Origin: Candidatus Zipacnadia bacterium
Lineage (GTDB): Bacteria > Armatimonadota > Zipacnadia > Zipacnadales > UBA5352
Reading direction: 5' to 3'
NCBI GenBank assembly: GCA_029821635.1
Contig: JALGSW010000002.1
Location: forward strand, 8,673 to 72,672
DNA: 64,000 nucleotides
A model generated the notes under the pieces. It was not told the DNA's origin. It was given only the letters and a program-made list of their open reading frames with translations, and ran no database searches. The position numbers were made by a program, and so were the translations under genes. Shown piece after piece: positions 46,446-56,556 of the stretch; position 1 is the first letter of the stretch; every line of letters begins with the position of its first letter.

Positions 46446-47483
46446 ATGGCTCTTCTTGACGACATCAAAGCCGTGGCCGAGCTTCGAGTGCCGGGGAACC
46501 TGCCGATCTTCTGTCTTTCGCAGGAGTTTGACGCGAAGTACGCGGGGTTGACCTATCGGGAGTACATCGAGACGCCCGAGCAGATCGTCGCGGTCCAGCT
46601 TGAGGTCATGGACGCCTTCGGCTGGGATTGGGCGTGGCTGCATCTCGACGACACGCTGGAGTTCGAGGCGCTCGGCGTGGGCGTGGCGGAGGGCGGGGAG
46701 AACGTGGTGCCCTGCACCGCGGGCTACCGCGACTTCGACCGCGAGACGTTGGCTTCGCTGAAGGTCCCCGACCCGCGCTCGGCGCGGATGCCGCTGCTGC
46801 TGGATGCGGCGTCTGGCCTGCGCTCGGAGGTCGGTGACACGCGGTGCATCACGGGGCGCGTTGCGGCGCCGTTCTCGGCGGTCACGCTCATCTTCGGCAT
46901 GCAGCCGTCGATGCTGATGATGATCGACGACGCGCAGCTCTTCACCGATGCACTGGCGTTCGCTGAGGAGCAGGCGATCAGTTGGGGCCTGGCGCAGATC
47001 GAGGCGGGCTGCCACGCGATCTGGCTGGGCGACTGCAACGCATCGCTGCACCTCATCTCGCCCGACCACTATCGCCAGTGGGCACTCGAGCCGTGCCGCC
47101 GCGTGACGGAGGCCTTCCAGGACGCGGGTGCGTTCGTCTTCCTGCACAACTCCGAGGAGAACCTCGCGGGGCTGCGGCTGCAGGCCGAGACGCGTCCGGA
47201 CGTGCTGTCGGTCGGGCCGGGGCTGGATATCTCGCTGGCGATCGAGGCGCTGCGTGGCAAGCAGGCGATCATGGGCAACGTGGACCCGATCGTGATGCTG
47301 ACGGACAGCTCGGCCTCGGAGGTCGCGGCGGAGACTGGGCGGCAGGCGCGACTGATGGCGGGCGGCGGCTGCATCCTGAACTCAGGCGAGTGCGTCCCGC
47401 GCGAGGCGAAGCGCGAGAACCTGCACGCGATGGCCGACACGGGGCGGCAGGTCTGGGAGATCATCGGCCCGCGGGAGGAGTGA
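46446..47483 (+). CDS. uroporphyrinogen decarboxylase (URO-D) family protein, MtaA/CmuA-like
   Basis: 345 aa. The N-terminus (PIFCLSQEFDAKYAGLTYREYIETPEQIVAVQLEVMDAFGWDW) and the later CHAIWLGDC fit the URO-D-like fold family. Confidence 0.75.
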   Translation: MALLDDIKAVAELRVPGNLPIFCLSQEFDAKYAGLTYREYIETPEQIVAVQLEVMDAFGWDWAWLHLDDTLEFEALGVGVAEGGENVVPCTAGYRDFDRETLASLKVPDPRSARMPLLLDAASGLRSEVGDTRCITGRVAAPFSAVTLIFGMQPSMLMMIDDAQLFTDALAFAEEQAISWGLAQIEAGCHAIWLGDCNASLHLISPDHYRQWALEPCRRVTEAFQDAGAFVFLHNSEENLAGLRLQAETRPDVLSVGPGLDISLAIEALRGKQAIMGNVDPIVMLTDSSASEVAAETGRQARLMAGGGCILNSGECVPREAKRENLHAMADTGRQVWEIIGPREE

Positions 47484-47550
47484 GGCGGCCTCTGTTCGCA
47501 TGTTGCGCAAGATCGCTCGCCTCTCGCGAATACGTGGTCTGGAGCGAATC

Positions 47551-48597
47551 ATGCCCACCACCATGAAGGCAGCGGTGCTCTACGGCATCCACGACATGCG
47601 CGTGGAGGATGTGCCTGTGCCGCAGGTTACGTCTGAGCGCGACGTGCTTGTGCGCGTGCGATCGGTGGGCGTCTGCGGCTCGGACGTGCATTTCTTTGAG
47701 CGCGGGATCATCGGCAAGTACCCGCTGCGCGCGCCGACCATCATGGGCCACGAGGCCGCCGGCGACGTCGTCGAGGTGCTCGACGAGGCCTGCGGTCTGC
47801 AGCCCGGCGACCGCGTGGCGATCGAGCCCGGCTACACCTGCCGCCGCTGCGAGTTCTGCCGCTCCGGCCAATACAACATGTGCCGCGACGTGGTCTTCCT
47901 CGCCGCGCCACCGATCCACGGCGCGTTCGCGGAGTACGTTGCGTGGCCGTCGGACTTCCTCTTCAAGCTGCCGGATACGCTCTCGCTGGATGAGGGCGCG
48001 ATGATGGAGCCGCTCGCAGTCGGGCTGTGGGCCGCGAAGCGCGGCGGCGCCGGGCCCGGCGATTCGGTGGCGATCCTCGGCGCGGGGCCGATCGGCCTGC
48101 TCACGATGCAGTCGGCCATCGCCGCGGGCGCTACGCGAGCGGTCGTCAGCGATCTGGAGGCGGGGCGGCTGGCGCTTGCGGCGAAGCTCGGCGCCACCGA
48201 CACCATTGACGCGTCGCAGACGGACGCCGAGGCGTCGATCATGGAGCTGACCGGCGGCCGGGGAGTGGACGTGGCCTTCGAGTGCGCGGGGGCGGTCCCG
48301 ACGCTGCAGATGGCCCTGCGCGTGGCCCGCAACGGTGGCACGGTGCAGATCGTCGGGATGCCCGCCGAGCAGCACCCGCAGATGCCGCTCTACGAGATGA
48401 TCAACCGCGAACTTGACCTGCGAGGCCTGTTCCGCTACGCGAACTGCTACCCGCCCGCGATCTCGCTGGTGGAGGCGGGGCGCATCGACGTGGCGTCGCT
48501 GGTCACGCATCACTTCGCGCTCGCGGAAACGCCGGGCGCGATGACCTTCGTACACGAGCGCCGTGACGGAGTCGTGAAGGCAATCATCAACCCCTGA
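47551..48597 (+). CDS. zinc-dependent medium-chain dehydrogenase (sorbitol/L-threonine dehydrogenase-like)
   Basis: The ATG at 47551 follows GGAGCG. Catalytic Zn ligands appear as GVCGSDVH and GHEAAG. The structural Zn motif is CRRCEFCRSGQYNMC and the NAD motif is ILGAGPIGL. Confidence 0.88.
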   Translation: MPTTMKAAVLYGIHDMRVEDVPVPQVTSERDVLVRVRSVGVCGSDVHFFERGIIGKYPLRAPTIMGHEAAGDVVEVLDEACGLQPGDRVAIEPGYTCRRCEFCRSGQYNMCRDVVFLAAPPIHGAFAEYVAWPSDFLFKLPDTLSLDEGAMMEPLAVGLWAAKRGGAGPGDSVAILGAGPIGLLTMQSAIAAGATRAVVSDLEAGRLALAAKLGATDTIDASQTDAEASIMELTGGRGVDVAFECAGAVPTLQMALRVARNGGTVQIVGMPAEQHPQMPLYEMINRELDLRGLFRYANCYPPAISLVEAGRIDVASLVTHHFALAETPGAMTFVHERRDGVVKAIINP

Positions 48598-48669
48598 GGG
48601 CGGCGCCGGACGAGATCAGGCCACGCAGGCGCGCCCCGGCCTGCGGAAGACCAGCAGAGGAGTGTACTC

Positions 48670-48951
48670 ATGGACCTTGGACAGATCGGGCCGGTGCTGC
48701 CCGGACTTGCGATGCTCGTTGCAGTGACGATTATCTTCTGGTTCGTCGTGATACGCCCGACGAGGAAGAGCCAGCATGACCACGCCGAGCTTGTTGACAA
48801 TCTGACGCCCGGCGATAGCATCATCTCCGTCGGCGGGATCCACGGTACCGTGCGCAAGGTCCGCGAGGAATCGATTGATCTGGAGATCGCGGACGGAATC
48901 ATCATGACGCTCGATCGCCGCGCCGCGCGCAGGCAGCAGGACAAGAGCTGA
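48670..48951 (+). CDS. yajC: preprotein translocase subunit YajC
   Basis: 93 aa with a single TM helix, then RPTRKSQHDHAELVDNLTPGDSIISVGGIHGTVRKV. Confidence 0.9.
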   Translation: MDLGQIGPVLPGLAMLVAVTIIFWFVVIRPTRKSQHDHAELVDNLTPGDSIISVGGIHGTVRKVREESIDLEIADGIIMTLDRRAARRQQDKS

Positions 48952-48980
48952 TGTCGTCACGGGAGTGACCGCCCGCACCC

Positions 48981-49586
48981 ATGACTACCACCGCCCTCAC
49001 GATCACCGTTGGCATCCTTGCTGCGCTCGTTATCGCGCTTGGGGTCGTGCTACAGATGCTCTGGCGCGAGGTGCGCGGCATGCGCATCGAGTCCGGGACC
49101 GCGCGTTCGGTCGCCACCGCCCTGCGTGACGGCCGCGATGAGGACGCCGTGCGCGAGCTGCTCGACTACCTCGAGAGCGCGCATGGACGCATGGAGGCGC
49201 TTTCACAGCATGCACGGGCGCTCGACGAGGCGCTGGAACGCATCAACGAGCGCTCGCGAGGCCATCTTCAGCGCGTGGGCGTCTACCGCTTCGACGCCAG
49301 CGACGATGTCAGCGGCAAGCTCTCGTGTGCGCTGTGCGTGCTCGACGCGCACAACACCGGCTTCCTGATCACCACGCTCTACGACCTCAGCCGATCTCGC
49401 ACCTTCGTGCGCGCGGTGCGTGATGGCAAGACCGACCGCGAGCTGCTGCCCGAAGAGGCCGAGGCGCTGAAGGCCGCGATGGCCGCTCCGCCAGTCCGGC
49501 CCGCCCCCGCGACTCCCCCGGCGCCCGCCGCCCAGGCCGCACCCGAGGCGGTCCCCGAAGCCCCTGAGGGGTCTGATGATGCGTGA
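48981..49586 (+). CDS. DUF4446 family protein
   Basis: An N-terminal TM helix and a coiled region are followed by VGVYRFDASDDVSGKLSCALCVLDAHNTGFLITTLY...RTFVRAV, matching my recollection of DUF4446. Confidence 0.7.
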   Translation: MTTTALTITVGILAALVIALGVVLQMLWREVRGMRIESGTARSVATALRDGRDEDAVRELLDYLESAHGRMEALSQHARALDEALERINERSRGHLQRVGVYRFDASDDVSGKLSCALCVLDAHNTGFLITTLYDLSRSRTFVRAVRDGKTDRELLPEEAEALKAAMAAPPVRPAPATPPAPAAQAAPEAVPEAPEGSDDA

Positions 49587-50469
49587 GACGGTCGGTGACT
49601 TCGCGGACTTCCTGCGCATCGACCGCGGGCTCGCGGATAACACCGTCCAGGCGTACAGCCGCGACCTCGATCAGTTCGGCGATTTCCTGCGCGGGCGCGG
49701 CGTACAGGCCTACACAGACGCCTCCCGCCATGATGTGATCGACTTCGTTGGCTTCCTGCAGCGTGACCGAGCTCTCGCACGTAGCACGGTCGCGCGCAAG
49801 CTCTCCTCGGTGCGCGGGCTCTATCGCTTCCTGCTCATCGACGGCCGCACGCAGACCGACCCCGCCGCCGACGTGGATCTCCCCAAGCCCGCCCGGCGCC
49901 TGCCGAAGGTGCTGTCGGTGGAGGAGTGCCGGCGGCTGCTGGAGATGCCCGATCGCTCCAAGCCGGAGGGCCTGCGCGATGCGGCGATGATCGCGCTGCT
50001 CTACGCCTCGGGCCTGCGCGTTTCCGAGCTTGTGGCGCTGCGCATGCACGAGCTGAGCCTGACCGAGGGGCTCGTGCGCACGATCGGGAAGGGCTCGAAG
50101 GAGCGGATCGTGCCGGTGGCGCCACTGGCGCTGCACCTGGTGCGCCGCTACCTGAACGAGGCGCGGGCGGAGTTCGAGCGGCACGTGGGGGAGGACGCGA
50201 TCTTCCTGACGCGCCTGGGGCGGCCCTTCAGCCGGGGCGGCTTCTGGGCGACGCTCAAGCAGCACGTGCGGCTCGCGGGGCTGCCGGAGGACACCTCGCC
50301 GCACACGCTGCGGCACTCGTTCGCGACGCACCTGCTCAGCGGCGGCGCTGACCTGCGCGCGATCCAGGAGATGCTGGGTCACGCGAATCTGCAGACGACG
50401 GAGATCTACACGCACGTCTCGACCGAAGACCTGCGCCGCATCTACGACGACGCGCACCCGAGGGCGTAG
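49576..50469 (+). CDS. xerD: site-specific tyrosine recombinase, XerD/XerC family (chromosome dimer resolution type)
   Basis: 297 aa with NTVQAYSRDLDQF, ASGLRVSELVAL, HTLRHSFATHLL and LGHANLQTTEIYTHV (the catalytic Tyr). XerC and XerD cannot be told apart by eye. Confidence 0.85.
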   Translation: MMRETVGDFADFLRIDRGLADNTVQAYSRDLDQFGDFLRGRGVQAYTDASRHDVIDFVGFLQRDRALARSTVARKLSSVRGLYRFLLIDGRTQTDPAADVDLPKPARRLPKVLSVEECRRLLEMPDRSKPEGLRDAAMIALLYASGLRVSELVALRMHELSLTEGLVRTIGKGSKERIVPVAPLALHLVRRYLNEARAEFERHVGEDAIFLTRLGRPFSRGGFWATLKQHVRLAGLPEDTSPHTLRHSFATHLLSGGADLRAIQEMLGHANLQTTEIYTHVSTEDLRRIYDDAHPRA

Positions 50470-50481
50470 GAGGACACCACC

Positions 50482-53400
50482 ATGACCCGCATCGCGCTGA
50501 TCTGTGTCGCGCTCGTCACCACCGTCAGCGGCGTATTCGCTGATGACTTCGTCATCATCCGCGCGCAGGCCCCCGAACCGACCGGCCTCGAGCGCGTGCC
50601 GCTCGTCGTCTCCACCGACGCAGCCGGTCTGCGCGAGGCCATGGGCATCGCGCAGCTTCCTACCGGCGCGCTCTACGCTGAGGAGCTGCCTTCCGGCCGA
50701 CCGGTGGATGCGCAGCTCGATGCCATCGGCGATCGCGCGCAGTTCGCCGCGCTTCTGCCCACCGAGCCTGCTGGCCAGCGCGAGGTCCGCGTCTGGCTGC
50801 GCAACGCACCCGCGCGGCCTCCAGCGCCACCGCAGGTGCTCTCGGTGCAGCGCGACGGCGACGCGGTGGTCGTCGGGGGGCCGACCTACGAGGTGCGCCA
50901 CGATCCCGCGGTCAACGCTGGCATCCTCTCGCAGATCACCTTCAAGGACACCGGCAAGATTTTCACGCCGGACCTCAACGATCGCGTGTGGAACCGCGAT
51001 ACGGGGGGCTTCGACGCGCGCAAAGACCCCGACGCGCGCATGGAGGTCGCGGCGTCCGGCCCGTACATGGTCGAAGTGCGTGTCTCCGCGCGCTACACCG
51101 CGGACGGCGGCGCCGCCCCCGAGACGAGCCCGCGCGCGACCTACGCCATCCGCTACTGGGCGGGTCTGCCGGTGGTTCAGGCGGACGTCAGCGTCTCTCA
51201 GCAAGGGCACTTCTCGTGGGAGCAGCTTCATTTCCTCGAGTTGCACTACAAGGACGACAGCTTCCTGAACTACGCACAGGATGACCCCGCGCAGATCAGG
51301 GCGTTCGATGACGACCAGTCAGGTGATCGCAGCACCGATTGGGGCGCTCTGATCGACGGCCCGAACGTGCTGGGCATGACCGGCAACACGCTCATATACG
51401 ACGGCATCAGCGACTACGGCCGCTACCTGCACGGGCCCTGGGTGTCCTGGGCCAGCGACGCCGAGACGCTGAGCCGCTGGCTGTTCGTGTCGGCGCAGGC
51501 CGACGCGCTGCAGACGCTCGACTCGGCCGCCAGCGGGACCGTCGGGGCGCGAGACGCGGTGATCATGACCGAGGGGCTGCTCGCAGCGTTTGATGGACTC
51601 TCGGCGACCGCTATTGACTGGAAGATCCGCTCCGACCAGCGCGGGCTGCTGGCGGGCGCGCTCGCGTGGCGGATTGCACTGATACGTGGCGCGCTGGAGC
51701 AGGGGCGGCCTCTCAGTGGCGTGCTCACGGCCGCGCAGGAGCTGCAGGGCGCCGCGGCCGATGACCCGTCGCGGGTGGCGACGTGGATCCCCTCAAGCAA
51801 TGACGGGCGGCTGCTGCTGGCCGACGACGGGCAGCTTGGCATCGGGATGCTGCAGACCGACACGGGGATCGTGCTCGCGAGCCTCTACGACATGGTCGCG
51901 GGGCGCGAGATGCTGGCCGCGCAGTGCGAGTTGTTTCGCATCGCGCTCACCGACGCCGAGCGCACTCCGGCCTCGCTCGCGAGCTCCTACGGCTGGGGCT
52001 CGTGGCGCGCGCGGACCAGCGGCGCGACGGGGAGCGCCAGCATCGAGGCGACCTTCGAGCGGCCCGTGCAGGACGGCTTGCGCGACCTGACCGCCACGCT
52101 CACTTGTGAGCTCTCCGGCGGCGAATCGCGCTGGCGGCTGGCAGTAGACAATGAGACCGCCTGGAGCATCGACGCGGTGACCGCGCCGGAACTGGCCGGC
52201 GTGATCATCGGCGACACTGCCGGCGATGATACCCTCTACGTCCCCAACGGCTATGGCGTGGGCTACAAGGACGGTACGGGCGCCATCTACCGCGGCTCCT
52301 ACCCGTCCGGCCGCTGCACGATGCCTCTCCTCATCGTGTCGGACGCCCGCAGCGGGCTCTACGTCGCCGCGCACGACGCGGGCTCATCCACGCGCATGGT
52401 CAACAGCGACGGCGCGAGCAACGCGGGCACCCCGCTGCGCATCGAGGAGCCCGCGCCCGACGCCTCCGTCGCGGGGAATGACTTCACCACCGCGGGTGAC
52501 GTCGTCATCGCGCGCGTGGATGGCGGCTGGTACCCCGCGACGCAGAAGTACCGCGCATGGCTGCAGGCGAACGCGCCGTGGTGGCCCGAGGGCGATGCCG
52601 ACTACGGTCGCCCCGACCGCCCCGCGTGGCTCGATGACATCGCCGCGTGGGTGCTCATCGGCGGCGGCCCGGAGTCGGTCGTCGAACCGACGAAGGCCTT
52701 CCGCGAGTACATGGACCTGCCCTGCGCGGTCCACTACTACAACTGGCACGAGATCCCGTTCGACAATGACTACCCCAACTACTTCCCGACCAAGGAAGGC
52801 GTCACGGAGGGCGTCGCGCAGCTCCAGGAGGCAGGCGTGCGCGTGGTGCCCTACATCAACGGCCGCCTCTGGGACACCGACACGGAGAACTTCCAGGAAG
52901 TCGGGTACAAGCACGCCACGCGCGACCGTGACGGCGAGCCCTATATCGAGGTCTACGGCTCCGGTGAAGAATTGGCGCCGATGTGTATCTCGCAGCAGCA
53001 CTGGCGGGATACGCTGCACGACATCGTCCTGCGGCTGATGACCGAGGTCGGGATGGATGGCGTGTACATGGACCAGATTGCGGCGGCGCGCCCCAGGCTG
53101 TGCTACGACCCGAACCACGGCCATCCGCTCGCGGGCGGCGACTGGTGGACGGAGGGCTACTGGCAGCTCCTCGAGCGCATTCAGGAGGACGCTGCGGCGG
53201 TCTCGCCCGAGAAGATGCTGACCACCGAGAGCAACGCCGAATCCTATGCGCGGTGGTTCGACACCTACCTGATGTGCAACTCGCTCGGCGACGGGCTCCT
53301 GCCACTCTTCCCGGCGGTCTACGGTTCGAAGATACTCGGCTTCGGGCGCTACATGGCTCGCGAGGACTGGGACGACCCGCAGGCGCTCGCGCAGAAGCAG

Positions 53401-53877
53401 GGGCAGCTCTTCATCTGGGGCACGCAACTGTGGTGGAGCGACCCGCGTGTGATCGACCACGAGTTCGCCGGCCCGTGGCTGCGCGACCTCGCGCGCCTGC
53501 GCTACAGCGTGCGTGAGTTCTTCAACGAGGGGCGGATGCTCGCGCCGGCGGTGCTGGAGGGCAATGACACGATGGTCACCGCAGACTGGCATCGGCGGGA
53601 GATGAGCGCCACGATGCCCGCGGTGATCGCGAGCGTCTGGGGCGTGACGGACGGCCGCGTGCTGATCCCGCTGGTCAACGTCTCAGAGGACGCGCAGGCG
53701 GTTACGCTGGAGTTCGATCCGGCGCACTACGGCTTCGACGCCGGTGCAACCTGCACCGTCCAGAGAATCGGCCCCGACGGCGGGACGGACATCGGCGCCT
53801 GGACGGGCTCCATTCGTGCAGAGATCGCGCTGGAGGGCCTTGAGTCCGCGGCGCTGGTGCTGACCCCTGGGGGCTGA
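50482..53877 (+). CDS. large secreted protein; C-terminal DUF6259-like glycoside-hydrolase-type TIM barrel, N-terminal ~600 aa unknown
   Basis: 1131 aa with signal peptide MTRIALICVALVTTVSGVFA. C-terminal motifs are CAVHYYNWHEIPFDNDYPNYFP, VVPYINGRLWD, MDGVYMDQIAA and LTTESNAE. Confidence 0.7.
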   Translation: MTRIALICVALVTTVSGVFADDFVIIRAQAPEPTGLERVPLVVSTDAAGLREAMGIAQLPTGALYAEELPSGRPVDAQLDAIGDRAQFAALLPTEPAGQREVRVWLRNAPARPPAPPQVLSVQRDGDAVVVGGPTYEVRHDPAVNAGILSQITFKDTGKIFTPDLNDRVWNRDTGGFDARKDPDARMEVAASGPYMVEVRVSARYTADGGAAPETSPRATYAIRYWAGLPVVQADVSVSQQGHFSWEQLHFLELHYKDDSFLNYAQDDPAQIRAFDDDQSGDRSTDWGALIDGPNVLGMTGNTLIYDGISDYGRYLHGPWVSWASDAETLSRWLFVSAQADALQTLDSAASGTVGARDAVIMTEGLLAAFDGLSATAIDWKIRSDQRGLLAGALAWRIALIRGALEQGRPLSGVLTAAQELQGAAADDPSRVATWIPSSNDGRLLLADDGQLGIGMLQTDTGIVLASLYDMVAGREMLAAQCELFRIALTDAERTPASLASSYGWGSWRARTSGATGSASIEATFERPVQDGLRDLTATLTCELSGGESRWRLAVDNETAWSIDAVTAPELAGVIIGDTAGDDTLYVPNGYGVGYKDGTGAIYRGSYPSGRCTMPLLIVSDARSGLYVAAHDAGSSTRMVNSDGASNAGTPLRIEEPAPDASVAGNDFTTAGDVVIARVDGGWYPATQKYRAWLQANAPWWPEGDADYGRPDRPAWLDDIAAWVLIGGGPESVVEPTKAFREYMDLPCAVHYYNWHEIPFDNDYPNYFPTKEGVTEGVAQLQEAGVRVVPYINGRLWDTDTENFQEVGYKHATRDRDGEPYIEVYGSGEELAPMCISQQHWRDTLHDIVLRLMTEVGMDGVYMDQIAAARPRLCYDPNHGHPLAGGDWWTEGYWQLLERIQEDAAAVSPEKMLTTESNAESYARWFDTYLMCNSLGDGLLPLFPAVYGSKILGFGRYMAREDWDDPQALAQKQGQLFIWGTQLWWSDPRVIDHEFAGPWLRDLARLRYSVREFFNEGRMLAPAVLEGNDTMVTADWHRREMSATMPAVIASVWGVTDGRVLIPLVNVSEDAQAVTLEFDPAHYGFDAGATCTVQRIGPDGGTDIGAWTGSIRAEIALEGLESAALVLTPGG

Positions 53878-54156
53878 AGGCGCTACGGCAGACGAGGTAT
53901 GCCGCTCCGCGCCTCCGTCCACACGACGGGGGCGCGCTCGTTCCTCCCGGGCCGGAGGAGCGACTGAAGGGTTCCCCATCGCGCTCCCCGGCAAAAAAAC
54001 CTCGGATTCCGCGCAACCAAGTGAACCGCACCTTGTCGAAGGTCCACAATGGGATGGGTGAGCGTTCGTCACCGCCGCTTCTTCGGGGGCTGCCGGTGGG
54101 GCGAGCCGGGGCTTCTTCTAACGATGGCCGAATCAAGTGTCAGGGAGGGTCACACC

Positions 54157-55206
54157 ATGAAGCGTCTCGCAATCTGCATGGTGATCGCCACCGTGCTCTT
54201 CTCCATGGGTATCAGCTTCGCCCAGGAGGGGCTGCAGGGCACATGCTGGTCCGATCGCATCTGCATGTCAGGGTACTTCCAGGTGCGCTACGTTGACACC
54301 GACAGCAAGACGGAGTCGGACAACTTCGACTTCCGCCGCGCGTTCTTCACCATCAAGGGTGATCTGGACGCGAACACGACGGGTATCATTACCCTTTCGC
54401 GCGTCGGTCCTAACGACCCGAACATCGACCTCTACAACGGGTTCGTTGACTACCGAATGGGAGAGCGCTACGCGATCCAGGCCGGCCAGGTTCCGACATG
54501 GTTCGGGCTTGAGGCGTGGGAGAGCTCCTCTGTGCGCCTGCCCTTCGAGCGGGCAAAGGTCCTCGAGGGCGGCCCCGGCCTCTTCTTCGCGGGTGCGGCC
54601 GATCGCGGCGTCTGGCTGCGCCGGAACCCCCAGGGCGACGAGCCGCTGGTCGTCCTCGGTGTATGGAACGGCCAGTTCCGCGCAGATGACCTGAACGATG
54701 ACAAGAACATCTCCGTTGACGTCAAGTTCAACCGCGAGTGGGGCCAGTTCGGCGTGTCGTGGTTCGACGGCACCTACGTGCAGGCGCCCGCAGGCGCCCC
54801 GGCAGTCGAGAACGATCGCGGCGCAGTTGACGTCTACGTCCGCAAGTTCGCCGACCCGTGGGGCTTCCAGGCCGAGTGGGCTGATGGCGAACTGATGGGC
54901 TCGGACATCGATGGCTGGTATGCCCAGGGCATGTATGACTTCCAGGACGGCAGCAACGTTGCCTTCGCGCGCTGGGAGGAGTTCAACGTCGATCCGCAGG
55001 GCGTTGGCGTTGCACAGACGGGCAGCGGCTCCGAGTACAACGGCTTCACCGTCGGCGTGCGCCACAAGGTCTACGAGAGTAGCTACATCACCGTCCAGTA
55101 CACCGGCGGTGACTGGGACAGCGCGGGCACCAACGGCACGAGCGCTAAGTCCCGCACCGGCAGCGAGGACCTGCTCGGCATCCAGTGGCAGTACATGTAC
55201 AGGTAA
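54157..55206 (+). CDS. outer-membrane porin (phosphate-selective porin O/P-like)
   Basis: The ATG at 54157 follows AGGGAGGG. Signal peptide is MKRLAICMVIATVLFSMGISFA. The sequence has alternating beta-strand character, and FDFRRAFFTIKGDL is typical of OprO/OprP-type porins. Confidence 0.75.
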   Translation: MKRLAICMVIATVLFSMGISFAQEGLQGTCWSDRICMSGYFQVRYVDTDSKTESDNFDFRRAFFTIKGDLDANTTGIITLSRVGPNDPNIDLYNGFVDYRMGERYAIQAGQVPTWFGLEAWESSSVRLPFERAKVLEGGPGLFFAGAADRGVWLRRNPQGDEPLVVLGVWNGQFRADDLNDDKNISVDVKFNREWGQFGVSWFDGTYVQAPAGAPAVENDRGAVDVYVRKFADPWGFQAEWADGELMGSDIDGWYAQGMYDFQDGSNVAFARWEEFNVDPQGVGVAQTGSGSEYNGFTVGVRHKVYESSYITVQYTGGDWDSAGTNGTSAKSRTGSEDLLGIQWQYMYR

Positions 55207-55235
55207 ACACCTGAGCTCGCCTCAACGCACACCCA

Positions 55236-55270
55236 CGGGCAGGCCGGATCATCCGACCTGCCCGTTTCCC
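55236..55270 (+). terminator. intrinsic terminator after the porin gene
   Basis: CGGGCAGGCCGGAT / ATCCGACCTGCCCG forms a long stem with one mismatch, followed by TTTCCC. Confidence 0.6.
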
Positions 55271-55508
55271 TGTACTGCCCCAGCTCCGGGAGGAGAAGCA
55301 GCTCGGGCGGCGAAGTTCGGTGTGTGTGCAGCTGACCGAGCCCGCCTCTACAGGCGACGGGCTCGTACGCGTTCGGCCCGGAGCGTCCCGGCGAGCGTCG
55401 AGATGAAGCGCCAGGCCAGGCCGCGCGCGGGGTGCTTCGCGCGCGGAGAGGGCGGTCTCAGGAAATGGTCCGTCCCTCGATGGAAAGCCCGCAAGCAGTA
55501 CTGAAAGA

Positions 55509-56456
55509 GTGATCCGTCCCTTGATGAACAGCCCGGATCCAGGAATCACCTCCCGCTTCTCCGGATGTCTGCTCGCGGCTGCATGCGGCGACTGTCTCGG
55601 CGCGGCATACGAAGGCTACTCGGGCACCGACCTCGCCGAAGCCTATTACGACGGCCGCTTCGAGGCCGGTTCGCTGACGATGGGTGAGTGGACTGACGAT
55701 ACGTCGATGCTCGTGGCGACCGCGCAGTCCATCGCGGAGTGCGGTGAGATCAACGGCGAGGACCTCGCCCGGCGCTACCTGGCATGGTTCGAGACCGGCG
55801 GACGCGGGATCGGTCGAGCAACCTACCACGCGATGAAGCGCCTCCAATCCGGCACGCGCTGGGCGGAGGCGGGGGAGAAGGGCGAGTATGCTGCGGGCAA
55901 CGGCGTGGCGATGCGCATCGCGCCGGTCGGCCTGCTCCATGCCGGAGGGCTCGACGGACTGCGAGAGGACGTGCGCGACTGCGGCGTGATCACCCATCGC
56001 AACGATGAGGCGCTCGATGGCGCGTATGCCGTGGCCTACGCCGTCGCCCTCGCAGCGGCCGGCGAGCTCGAGCTTGAGACGATACTCCTGCAGATCCTCG
56101 ATGAGTTGCAGCCCTCCCGCATCACCGACGGGCTCTCCGAATGTGCGCGGCTCCTTGAGGCCGGCGAGCCGCCGCTGACCGCGCTCCCGGAGCTCTCTCT
56201 CGGCGGTGCGGCGTTTGAGACGGTCCCGACGGCCTTCTACTGCTTCCTCCGTTCGCCCGAAAGCGTGCAGGAGACGCTCGTCTCCAGCATCGTCGCGGGC
56301 GGGGACACCGACACACGCGCGGCAATCGCCGGGGCCATCGGCGGCGCGTACAGCGGGCGCGGGCACATCCCGGCACGCTGGCTGCAGGAGCTTCCGCACC
56401 GCGCCGGGATCGAGGGCGTGGCCGAGACGCTCTGCCACGTGACTGTGCAGCTCTGA
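55509..56456 (+). CDS. ADP-ribosylglycohydrolase family protein
   Basis: Motifs are FSGCLLAAACGDCLGAAYEG, EWTDDTSM, AAGNGVAMRIAP and GGDTDTRAAIAGAIGGA. The start is either GTG 55509 or ATG 55524. Confidence 0.85.
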   Translation: MIRPLMNSPDPGITSRFSGCLLAAACGDCLGAAYEGYSGTDLAEAYYDGRFEAGSLTMGEWTDDTSMLVATAQSIAECGEINGEDLARRYLAWFETGGRGIGRATYHAMKRLQSGTRWAEAGEKGEYAAGNGVAMRIAPVGLLHAGGLDGLREDVRDCGVITHRNDEALDGAYAVAYAVALAAAGELELETILLQILDELQPSRITDGLSECARLLEAGEPPLTALPELSLGGAAFETVPTAFYCFLRSPESVQETLVSSIVAGGDTDTRAAIAGAIGGAYSGRGHIPARWLQELPHRAGIEGVAETLCHVTVQL

Positions 56457-56556
56457 GACACGCTGGACGGATAGGGGCCTCCGTCGCACGGAGACTCCCG
56501 TCCGTGTGTCCCCCTCCCGCGGAGGAAGACCGCCCCTTTTCGGCGAAGCTGCGCGC

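Noticed and set aside
49576-50469. The tyrosine recombinase as the integrase of a mobile element, for example the one responsible for the vapBC cassette.
   Set aside because: The sequence is XerC/XerD-like throughout, and the gene is embedded in housekeeping genes (yajC, DUF4446). I could find no flanking repeats, att-like sites or cargo genes around it.
53878-54156. The 279-nt spacer upstream of the porin gene as a riboswitch or ncRNA.
   Set aside because: It shows only weak, non-nested complementarity and an A7 run. I found no recognisable riboswitch core and no convincing promoter or terminator pair. There is too little signal to report.
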